A stretch of 64,000 nucleotides of DNA, from the IMG/VR virus record IMGVR_UViG_3300021387_000463, positions 267,001 through 331,000 of that record. The stretch is one strand, 5' to 3'. Shown here piece by piece: positions 27,564 to 36,085 of this stretch. The notes beneath the pieces were generated by a model that ran no database searches, was not told the origin of the DNA, and saw only the letters and a program-made list of their open reading frames with translations. Made by a program: the position numbers and the translations under genes. This DNA comes from a virus. Lineage: Duplodnaviria > Heunggongvirae > Uroviricota > Caudoviricetes. How positions within the stretch are numbered: position 1 is the stretch's first letter; the number at the start of each line of letters is the position of its first letter.

Positions 27564-29858
27564 ATGAAAAGTAAAAGATTATTAGAATATTTTGAAGGTA
27601 CTCCAGATACTGTATACGATACGACTAATCAAGTAACTTGGGAATGGGATAATGAAATGGCAATATCTTTTGGATACTTCCCTATTTCATTAGATAATGA
27701 GTACCTTTTTATGACTGGTACAACAACTCATCTTATGATTGGAGCACAAGCAGCAAAGAAATTGATGGGAAAGGCAATCAGTCATATAAAGGACACCTAT
27801 ATTCCTTGGATTGAAAGACAGTGTTATGGAAAGTCATATTGTCGTGGAAGGATATGGACATTTGATACTGATAAGTATCCTAGTATCATGGCATTTTGGT
27901 ATCTTCCAAGTTCTAGAATGGTTAGAAAGATTGTAAATGAACTTAATATAGACCCATACAAATATATATTGGTAGTGGAAGACTCTAAGAATGCATTTGA
28001 GGAAAATCCAACAATAGCCGAATATATAGAGTCAAATTGTAATGGTGATGATGGATATGATGAAATTAGCGAACCATTTGCTATTGATAAGAGGGTTGTT
28101 GAAATTATAAGAAGATATAATGATACCCAGAAGACTTGGCAAACTAGCAAGGAAAAGGAAGGTTGGAAGTCGCTTGCCCAGAGAAATGCTGTGTTGTATC
28201 AAGAGAATAGACAGAGGATTGATGAATACTTTGCTGGAGACCCAGATACGATTGATGAGTTCGATGATGTTAGTGGTGAATGCATAAGAAGCATAAACTA
28301 TAGGGATAAGAACGTAATATCATTCGGTTTCTTCCAGACAACACTTGATGGAGGTAAGGAATTCATATATAAGACTGACATCTGTCATCATGACATCTGT
28401 AGGGGAATTGCAGAGAAGATAGTTGGTAAAGCCATAGCTTCAGAGGACGTAGAAGAGGGTGAGATAAGAGAGATTGCCTCTTCAATATATTCTGCTACAG
28501 CATACAAGGGACGTATATTCTTGGATGCCAACATGATAACAACATGGAACAGGGTATCTTCAAGTACATTAGAGAATTTGCTTAATCTAATGGGTGGTGT
28601 TGAAAAGTGGAAGCACTTGAGTTACATTGTTCCAAGATGGTATGACCAGAATTGGGAAACTGATGATTTGTCACAGAAGAATATTAATGTTGTTGAATAC
28701 ATTGCAGATGGCATTACTGCTGATGAAACAAGAGATAAGTACTTGATGGAAAGGGATTTCAAACCATTGGTTGATGAGTGGCTTATCAACACCATAAGAG
28801 ACTACAATAAACCTAACTCAACATTAGCAACTAAGACAGCAAAATTGGGTAATATGACAATTGCACAATACAATTCGTTGATACATCAAGAAGAGAAAGA
28901 ACCTAAACAAACTATAAAAGAAAATAATATAAATATGAAAGATAATAAGTATCAAGACTATATTAACATAATGTCTGAGGCATTACAGAAGGATGACTTC
29001 AAGGCATACGAATATGTTAAAGAAATGCTAGATGAGACTATTGAAGAGAGCAAGCATGAGAAAGAACTTATGAACGAAATGAATACAACCAATTTCGGTG
29101 TGTTGAACCATATCTTCGAGAATGAACTTCCAACTCTCATCAAGACAAACAAAAAGGCTGTAAGGAATGTCATCAAGACCATTAAGGAGGATAAGAACCT
29201 TATCAACCAGTTCAACTTCTACAATGTCATCAAGGAGCAGTACAATGGAAGTCATGCTGACATGATTTCATCTAAGGAAGCTCTTGAGAACCTTGCAAAG
29301 ATTGTTGGTGAAAACATTGACCTCAAGACCGTAAAGGCTTCAAACAAGAAGTTAAGAAACGTGATGATTGAGAGTGGTGTTAAGCCAAGTAACTTTGTTG
29401 ATGAGGAATCAAGAAAGCTTTATGAAAATGGTGATGTAATCCTCACATCAAAGAGAAATACAAACAACATGATTTCTCTTGTCGAGAGTTATAACGCTGT
29501 TAGCAACTGGATGGATGCTCATAAGTCAGATAAGATTAATGAAGGTAAGACTCCAGATGAAATGATTAAGGAGTTTGAGGACAAACTTAAGGACAACCTT
29601 AATGAGTCTGAGATTTCATTCGTTCAGCAAATCACTGATTGGAGAAGTCCAATTGCAGAGCAGAGAAAAGAGAAACTTTTCAACAAGTTCAAGAATGAAT
29701 GCATCAATAAGATTAACGAAATGTTGAAGGAAGATGCAGAGAATGTTGAGCTTAAGGGTTTGAGCGACCAGATTAATGAAATGAATTTTAATAAAGAGAC
29801 AATTGTAAAGGATATTGCAAAGTTACTTGAAATAAGAGATATTTTAATGGATGATTAA
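27564..29858 (+). CDS. Head-module protein: two tandem N-terminal repeat domains fused to a helical C-terminal domain
   Basis: Repeats EYFEGTPDT..ISFGYF..RGRIW and EYFAGDPDT..ISFGFF..KGRIF; possible internal start at 28935 (MKDNK). Confidence 0.65.
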   Translation: MKSKRLLEYFEGTPDTVYDTTNQVTWEWDNEMAISFGYFPISLDNEYLFMTGTTTHLMIGAQAAKKLMGKAISHIKDTYIPWIERQCYGKSYCRGRIWTFDTDKYPSIMAFWYLPSSRMVRKIVNELNIDPYKYILVVEDSKNAFEENPTIAEYIESNCNGDDGYDEISEPFAIDKRVVEIIRRYNDTQKTWQTSKEKEGWKSLAQRNAVLYQENRQRIDEYFAGDPDTIDEFDDVSGECIRSINYRDKNVISFGFFQTTLDGGKEFIYKTDICHHDICRGIAEKIVGKAIASEDVEEGEIREIASSIYSATAYKGRIFLDANMITTWNRVSSSTLENLLNLMGGVEKWKHLSYIVPRWYDQNWETDDLSQKNINVVEYIADGITADETRDKYLMERDFKPLVDEWLINTIRDYNKPNSTLATKTAKLGNMTIAQYNSLIHQEEKEPKQTIKENNINMKDNKYQDYINIMSEALQKDDFKAYEYVKEMLDETIEESKHEKELMNEMNTTNFGVLNHIFENELPTLIKTNKKAVRNVIKTIKEDKNLINQFNFYNVIKEQYNGSHADMISSKEALENLAKIVGENIDLKTVKASNKKLRNVMIESGVKPSNFVDEESRKLYENGDVILTSKRNTNNMISLVESYNAVSNWMDAHKSDKINEGKTPDEMIKEFEDKLKDNLNESEISFVQQITDWRSPIAEQRKEKLFNKFKNECINKINEMLKEDAENVELKGLSDQINEMNFNKETIVKDIAKLLEIRDILMDD

Positions 29859-30084
29859 TGTTATAAAAGACGTTATAAGTGAGGTTATAAATAATTATCT
29901 AAATAGTAAGTGTATGATTAAAGAAAATTCTTATTGGGGGGACGATTTGCAGACATTACATGCTTGCGAAGAGTCCCTAAAGGGTGTATACGGAAGATTG
30001 ATAGATAAAGGTCTAACAAAAAACGTTTACATCGTTCAACAGCTTGGGGAAATAATTGGTAAGCTAGAGAAATTAACAAAGTAA
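29851..30084 (+). CDS. Hypothetical protein with leader-like N-terminus
   Basis: VIKDVISEVINNYL...MIKE. Confidence 0.55.
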   Translation: MINVIKDVISEVINNYLNSKCMIKENSYWGDDLQTLHACEESLKGVYGRLIDKGLTKNVYIVQQLGEIIGKLEKLTK

Positions 30085-30188
30085 GTAAAGATGGGTAATC
30101 TACGCACGATTGCCCATTTTTTTTTGTGTTTGGGGCTTGATTTTTACTAAAATTTTTGTTATTTTTTAAAAGTAAAAGATATAACAAA

Positions 30189-30623
30189 ATGAAACGACTT
30201 AATAAAGAATATAAATTAGACGTGTGTAATCATATTTCGTTAAAGTATGGTACGGTAAATAGAAACAACCCTCAAGTTGTTTATATCAGTGGGAAATGTT
30301 GGGTATCTCCACAAAGAGAAATGAATTATTCTGATGTTATTGATAACATTGAAAAAGGTATGAAGAGGAATATAAAATCATTTTTGATTGATGGTATAAA
30401 CTTCGATAATCGCTTTATATTAGACTTTGACATCAACACTGAAGGGCTTATACCGAAGGAGAAGAAATTCCTCTCATTCGACTTCTATTTGCGTCAGAAC
30501 GAGAAGAACAAAAAGCAGTTACAAGATTTGAATGATTTGTTTAAGAGAAAGATTAGTACTATTGCCAACAACCTAGTATATTCTTTTAAGGAAAATGATT
30601 TCACGATAAACAAAAAAAAATAA
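30189..30623 (+). CDS. Hypothetical phage protein (start revised to MKRLNK)
   Basis: KYGTVNRNNPQVVYI motif; AT-rich leader. Confidence 0.6.
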   Translation: MKRLNKEYKLDVCNHISLKYGTVNRNNPQVVYISGKCWVSPQREMNYSDVIDNIEKGMKRNIKSFLIDGINFDNRFILDFDINTEGLIPKEKKFLSFDFYLRQNEKNKKQLQDLNDLFKRKISTIANNLVYSFKENDFTINKKK

Positions 30624-30658
30624 ACTCTCAAGAATATTTATTATAAAAATTAAGTATC

Positions 30659-30991
30659 ATGAAGAAGGTAATAAGACTAACAGAATCAGAATTGAAAAAT
30701 ATCATAAAGAATTCCGTTAATAGAATATTAAGGGAAGATGTATTGGGAAATGATTGGCGTGAGAACGACAATGTATTGAATAACTATGAACCATTTGAGG
30801 GTGAGGAACATTCTACCCCATTTGACGGTATGACAAATGACCATGACTTTGGAATAACTGGAGAACCTCTTGACCAAACTCATGATGACATTAATCAAGA
30901 TGATATTGTAAATGGTGGAGACCCAGAGGAATGGGCACAAGATAGAATTGACCTTGAGGCCAATTACGATGATTTTCCACCAATGAGATAA
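30659..30991 (+). CDS. Candidate internal head protein with IRLTES leader
   Basis: MKKVIRLTESELKNIIKNSVNRILRE followed by an acidic tail. Confidence 0.65.
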   Translation: MKKVIRLTESELKNIIKNSVNRILREDVLGNDWRENDNVLNNYEPFEGEEHSTPFDGMTNDHDFGITGEPLDQTHDDINQDDIVNGGDPEEWAQDRIDLEANYDDFPPMR

Positions 30992-31019
30992 TTTTTTTGG
31001 ATGGTGTTTTGGCAAAAAG

Positions 31020-31050
31020 AAAGCGAGACTAGATTTAGCCTCGCTTTTTT
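31020..31050. terminator. Bidirectional terminator between convergent genes
   Basis: aaagcgag...ctcgcttt hairpin with A and T tracts. Confidence 0.7.
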
Positions 31051-31054
31051 ATTT

Positions 31055-31453
31055 TTAAATATTCTTTATTTTTACTGTGAAACTTTTAATGTATGAATTC
31101 CTTACACATACAAATTCTATGTTGTCTTTTATTGGAGCATATGCCTTGATTCTCTCCATGAATGTTTGTCTGTCCTTAGATGTGTAGTCACTCATTGGAT
31201 AGCATATATATTCTGTATAACGTCCCATATCCTTTGAATTCATATGCCTCCATCCACATTCTCTTTCAGCTCTCAAGAGGGCTTCAATTGCTCTACCGTT
31301 TGCAGATGAACGATATTCGTCAACTTGGCCTTGGTCGAAGAATAGGTCAGTTTGTCCATTTGGATAAACACCAATCTCATTTATAATTCTAGTGACCGAT
31401 TCGTTTATCAGACCATGCAAGTCACCTTCAGTTAATCTTATCACTTTTTTCAT
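31055..31453 (-). CDS. Candidate internal head protein with IRLTEG leader
   Basis: MKKVIRLTEGDLHGLINESVTRIINE; directly downstream of the prohead protease gene. Confidence 0.65.
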   Translation of the reverse strand: MKKVIRLTEGDLHGLINESVTRIINEIGVYPNGQTDLFFDQGQVDEYRSSANGRAIEALLRAERECGWRHMNSKDMGRYTEYICYPMSDYTSKDRQTFMERIKAYAPIKDNIEFVCVRNSYIKSFTVKIKNI

Positions 31454-31457
31454 AACA

Positions 31458-32156
31458 TTATGATTTTAGAATACTCTTAATTTTACTAATCTTTTCGTTA
31501 AGGCTTGGCTTCTCATTCTTTGTTGTATCTGTTTCAACATACTGCTGCAAGTCTTCTGCTGCGCCAACAAATGCACCTGGAGTTGAAGGGTCGCTAACTA
31601 CGTCCCAGCAGATAAGCTCGAAGTCATCACCTACGATATATTGTCCAAGCTTCTGTTCAACTGAGCCGACACCTCTTGAAGATACACCAATCTTAATTCC
31701 GTTCATAAGTAGGTTAGCCATGTCATCACCACGTGTACTTACAATACCATATTTTCTAAAACCGTATGAGGTATTAATCTCAAGCTTTCCTACAAGTGTT
31801 CTTCCTTCCCAATGAAGTTCAACGATATTGATTGCAATTCTACCCAAATCAATTGTTGACTCTGCTGGGTGATTCAACTCACCAATTGCTCTTCTATCAT
31901 TAATCTTCTCTTGGTATAGTTCAACTTGCTTCTTCAATACAGCCTCTGGATATATTCTACCATTTGCGTTCTTAACGCCAAACTTTTGAAATACAGCATC
32001 TACAACAAATGGATATGGAACATTCCACTCACCATTCTCAAGACCTTCTCTAATTGGTTTAGGATTCTTGATGTACATGTATCCATCGTTTTCGATAAGG
32101 ATACCATGTCCAGTCTTACCTTCCTTTATTATCTCTAATTCAGCTTTTTTCATCAC
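31458..32156 (-). CDS. gp21: Prohead core protease (T4 gp21-like)
   Basis: KNANGRIYP, AIGELNHP (His), IGVSSRGVGS (Ser), WDVVSDPSTPGA (Asp). Confidence 0.92.
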   Translation of the reverse strand: MMKKAELEIIKEGKTGHGILIENDGYMYIKNPKPIREGLENGEWNVPYPFVVDAVFQKFGVKNANGRIYPEAVLKKQVELYQEKINDRRAIGELNHPAESTIDLGRIAINIVELHWEGRTLVGKLEINTSYGFRKYGIVSTRGDDMANLLMNGIKIGVSSRGVGSVEQKLGQYIVGDDFELICWDVVSDPSTPGAFVGAAEDLQQYVETDTTKNEKPSLNEKISKIKSILKS

Positions 32157-32327
32157 TAATATTTTTTTATTAATAAATATTTGTCCTTTTCTAAATATTT
32201 ATATATTAGTCGATAAAACCAAATAGTAAAATGCCTATATTTCTACTAATTTTAAGGGTATATAGAATTTTTTTGGTATTTTTGGTATATTTATATAAAA
32301 AAATAATGTATTAAATCTATTTTCTAA

Positions 32328-33821
32328 ATGAGCAAAAATATTAGAAGCAAAGTAGTTAGAGAATCTTTATTGGATTACAACACACTCGCAAATTCTTTGA
32401 AGGAAAATACGGAGAGTGCAGTTAAAGCTCTTTTGGGTGAGGCTGTACGTGATACATATGCCAAGTTATTGTCTGAGGACGATGACAAGGACTACGAAGA
32501 GGGTGAAGTGGAAGATACTAGTTCTGATATTACAAACGATGCAGAATCTAGCGATGTTGTTGACGATAGTCAAGCAGACGCAGACGCTGGTATGGAAGCT
32601 GAAGGTGGCGAAGCAGAAGGTGGAGAAATCGAAGGTGGCGAACCATCTGTTGATGGTGCTGCTGAAGGTGAACCTACTGAAGACGGTGCTGCTGAAGGCG
32701 AAGGAGGCGATGAATGGGCAGAGTTTGATAAATATAAGGTATCAGACGATGAGTATGACTTTACAAATGCGGAAGACGAAGAAATCGTAAAGGTTTACAA
32801 ATTAATGAAGAATGATGACCAAATCCTTGTACATAAAGATGACAATGGAAACGTCAACATTCAAGACAATGAGACTGGAGCTGAGTACCTAATTAATCTT
32901 AGTGACAGTGGAGAGGCAACTGGTGTTGCAGCATCTGAACCAAGTGATGATGAAGTTATCACTGATGATGAAGGTGCTGATGATTTCGGTGCAGAAGATG
33001 ATTTTCAAAATAACGAAGACGATATGAATGAATCAACAGAGAGAATGTTTGAGTTGGTACTAGAGTATGACTCAAATGTAGGCTACACTGACAATTATCA
33101 GAAGAAGGATGTAATGACAAATCCAGGTATGTCAGAGCCAGGTAAAAATGTAAACGATTGGGATGCAGGTGTACCAAAGGGCACAGAGAAACCTTGGTCT
33201 GGATACCCAGGAAAGAAAAATAAAGCAGATAAGCCATTCAACGCTGAGAAGGGCAAGCAACTTGAAGAGGAAGAGAACCTTGAGGAGTCTGCTGCTGAGT
33301 GCGGAGGTAGAATGGGTGCTCATGGAAGAATGATGGGAACAAAATCCCATAACCCTATTAAGGCAAAGAAGAATTCTCCAATGAATCAGCATCATGTTTC
33401 AACCGCAGGAGAGTATGACCAAGGTATCGCAAACGAGAGCTTTATGAAGAGAGCAAATGCAGCTCTTGAGGAGAATAAGGAACTTAAGTCAACATTGACA
33501 GACCTTATGGAGCAGTTGAAGAAGGTATCTGTAACTAACCACAATCTTGCACAGATTATTAAGTTGGTTTCTGAGAACACAACCTCTAAGGATGAGAAGA
33601 AGGAGATTATCAACAGATTCAAGAACGAGGGTAAGACCATTGAAGCTTCTCAAGCACTTTATGAGTCAATCAGCCGTGAGCTTCAGAAGACCAACAAGAT
33701 GAACATCACTGAGGAGAAGAGTCTTACAGTTGAGGGTTCACAGAAAATCAACGAGACACCTATCTATAAGTCACAAGACTTGCTAGATTCTCTTGATTTG
33801 ATGCACAGAATGATGAAATAA
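32328..33821 (+). CDS. Prohead core scaffolding protein (T4 gp22 position)
   Basis: Acidic, coiled-coil C-terminus, many hydrophobic-x-E sites, immediately upstream of the major capsid gene. Confidence 0.7.
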   Translation: MSKNIRSKVVRESLLDYNTLANSLKENTESAVKALLGEAVRDTYAKLLSEDDDKDYEEGEVEDTSSDITNDAESSDVVDDSQADADAGMEAEGGEAEGGEIEGGEPSVDGAAEGEPTEDGAAEGEGGDEWAEFDKYKVSDDEYDFTNAEDEEIVKVYKLMKNDDQILVHKDDNGNVNIQDNETGAEYLINLSDSGEATGVAASEPSDDEVITDDEGADDFGAEDDFQNNEDDMNESTERMFELVLEYDSNVGYTDNYQKKDVMTNPGMSEPGKNVNDWDAGVPKGTEKPWSGYPGKKNKADKPFNAEKGKQLEEEENLEESAAECGGRMGAHGRMMGTKSHNPIKAKKNSPMNQHHVSTAGEYDQGIANESFMKRANAALEENKELKSTLTDLMEQLKKVSVTNHNLAQIIKLVSENTTSKDEKKEIINRFKNEGKTIEASQALYESISRELQKTNKMNITEEKSLTVEGSQKINETPIYKSQDLLDSLDLMHRMMK

Positions 33822-33891
33822 AGTGATTTTTCAGAATTCGTGTATATTTATTAAAAAAATAACTAAGTAAAATAAAACTTCATTTATCTAT

Positions 33892-35931
33892 ATGAAAGAA
33901 TTTTTATCAAGTGGTGTAGTTGGAAATATTGAGTACAACGCACAGAAACAGATACGTGAGAGCATTCAGAACCGTTGGGACCAGCTTGGTTTCACTGATG
34001 GTTTGCCAGACGGTATTAAGGAGAATGTTGCTACATTGTATGAGAATGAGGCAAAGCACTTGATTTACGAGGCTACTGCTTCTGACAACAGTGGTTCATT
34101 TGAGACTGTTGTATTCCCTATCATTAGACGTGTATTCAGCAAGCTTCTTGCTAATGACATCGTATCAGTTCAGGCTATGAACCTTCCTGTTGGTAAGTTG
34201 TTCTTCATCCTTCCTGTTACTTCAGAGAGAGAATGGGAGCTTCCAGCAGATATGACAGGTGCTACCGAGCCTGGTGATATTTATGATGGTACAACTGGTC
34301 GCCATAAGGGTCTTATGGGTTATGACCGTGTAAACCGTAACAAGGAAGGACGTGTTGAACCACGTTATTATCTTCCAGACGAGACAATCAATGACCTTCA
34401 GAATGCATGGTACATCCCAGTTCTTAACGAGGAGAAAACCTATGACACATTCGAGGCAGCAAAGGCAGCAGCAGAGGCAGCAGGCCTTAATCCAACTGCT
34501 ATCCGCAGAGTAGGTCCAGAAGTTACTCAGTACTTCCAGAAGAGTTTGTATGACTTGTTCTACAACGACTTCTTGTATGACAACTCAAAGGGTAAGGTAA
34601 CTATCAAGGTTGGTAATGCAATTCCTGTATTCTTGACTCCTGGTGGTGTTCGCCCATTCGGTGCTGACAATTTGAATCAGTACTTCAAGAGTGGATTCGA
34701 TGGTACTGTACGTAACGTCATCCTTGAGATTGATGGTTTCTCTTCATTTAACGCTTCTAAGTTGACTGGTCCTGACGGAAACGAAATGGACACTGAAGGA
34801 TTCCTTGCTTCTCTTAAGGTTATCACTCAGAAGGAACTTCCAGCAGATAACGTTCCTGGTTCAGAGAGCGTTCAGACCGCAGCTTTCCGCAAGTTCGAGT
34901 CTGTTCCATTCAGAGTTGTTACTCAGAAGTATGGTAAGGGTATCGTAGAATACGGTGCAGCTTGCGATGCAGAGGGTAAGATGTATATCGAGTTGGATTT
35001 GGCTAAACCAGTAGTTCAGCAAGCAGGTACAATCGATGGTTATGTTGGTGTTGACGCAAAAGCTCTTGATGCAGCTATTGTTAAGACAACTGGTGGTACT
35101 ATCGATTTCGATGCTACAAAGGAAAATATGGCTAAGTTGTTCAAGATTGCTTGGGCACAGTACGATTCACTTGAGCTTGAGACCGAGATTGGTGAGGTTA
35201 GCTTCAAGCTTGATTCAGTAACTGTATCAGTTGAGGAGAGAAAGCTTCGTGCAACATGGTCTCCAGAGCTTGCACAAGACGTTTCTGCATTCCACAACAT
35301 TGACGCAGAGGCTGAGTTGACAGCTATCTTGTCAGAGCAGATTGCAGCAGAAATTGACCGTGAGATTCTTCGTGACTTGCGTAAGGGTGCTCCTTGGCAG
35401 GCTCGTTGGGATGTTAATGGTTGGAGACGTATGGCTGCATTCTCAACCAACTACACTCAGAAGGACTGGAATCAAGAGCTTATGACTAAGATTAACCAGA
35501 TTTCTGCACAGATTCACAAGTCTACACTTCGTGGTGGCGCTAACTTCATTGTAGTATCTTCAGAGATTAGTGCATTGTTCGATAACCTTGAGTACTTCCA
35601 CGTTTCTGACGCTAGCGCAGAGAGCGACCAGTACAACATGGGTATTGAGAAGATTGGTGCTCTTGGTGGACGTTACACCGTTTACCGTGACCCATATTCT
35701 CCACACTGGTCAATGATTATTGGTCATAAGGGTAAGTCACTTCTTGACACAGGTTACATCTATGCACCATACGTGCCAATGCAGTTGACTCCTACTATGT
35801 ACAACCCATTCAACTTCGCACCAGTAAAGGGTATCATGACTCGTTACGCTAAGAAGATGGTGAATAATAGGTACTACGGCCATGTTCGCGTGGATGGACT
35901 TGTTCATTGGAGCATTAACGAATTCAGATAA
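33892..35931 (+). CDS. gp23: Major capsid protein (T4 gp23-like) with large insertions
   Basis: FPIIRRVF..LLANDIVSVQAM, RKLRATWSPELAQD..AFH.IDAEAEL..ILSEQI..EIDREIL, YAPYVP, F.PVKGIMTRY. Confidence 0.95.
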   Translation: MKEFLSSGVVGNIEYNAQKQIRESIQNRWDQLGFTDGLPDGIKENVATLYENEAKHLIYEATASDNSGSFETVVFPIIRRVFSKLLANDIVSVQAMNLPVGKLFFILPVTSEREWELPADMTGATEPGDIYDGTTGRHKGLMGYDRVNRNKEGRVEPRYYLPDETINDLQNAWYIPVLNEEKTYDTFEAAKAAAEAAGLNPTAIRRVGPEVTQYFQKSLYDLFYNDFLYDNSKGKVTIKVGNAIPVFLTPGGVRPFGADNLNQYFKSGFDGTVRNVILEIDGFSSFNASKLTGPDGNEMDTEGFLASLKVITQKELPADNVPGSESVQTAAFRKFESVPFRVVTQKYGKGIVEYGAACDAEGKMYIELDLAKPVVQQAGTIDGYVGVDAKALDAAIVKTTGGTIDFDATKENMAKLFKIAWAQYDSLELETEIGEVSFKLDSVTVSVEERKLRATWSPELAQDVSAFHNIDAEAELTAILSEQIAAEIDREILRDLRKGAPWQARWDVNGWRRMAAFSTNYTQKDWNQELMTKINQISAQIHKSTLRGGANFIVVSSEISALFDNLEYFHVSDASAESDQYNMGIEKIGALGGRYTVYRDPYSPHWSMIIGHKGKSLLDTGYIYAPYVPMQLTPTMYNPFNFAPVKGIMTRYAKKMVNNRYYGHVRVDGLVHWSINEFR

Positions 35932-35960
35932 ATCGCTGAAAAAGAATAATAATCTAAATA

Positions 35961-35997
35961 AAAAAACCTTGGGTAGAGACTACTCAAGGTTTTTTTT
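35961..35997 (+). terminator. Terminator after the capsid gene
   Basis: aaaaaaccttgggt-agagact-actcaaggttttttt. Confidence 0.8.
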
Positions 35998-36085
35998 ATG
36001 TCCCAAATAAATTAATTAGATTAACTAAATATTTATAGTTAACATAAATGCAATAAGTTTTAAAGTTAAAATAATTAAAAAAATC

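Noticed and set aside
30612-30623. A9 run at the end of 30189..30623 as a second frameshift site
   Set aside because: The downstream gene has its own late motif and ATG leader, so no fusion is needed to explain it.
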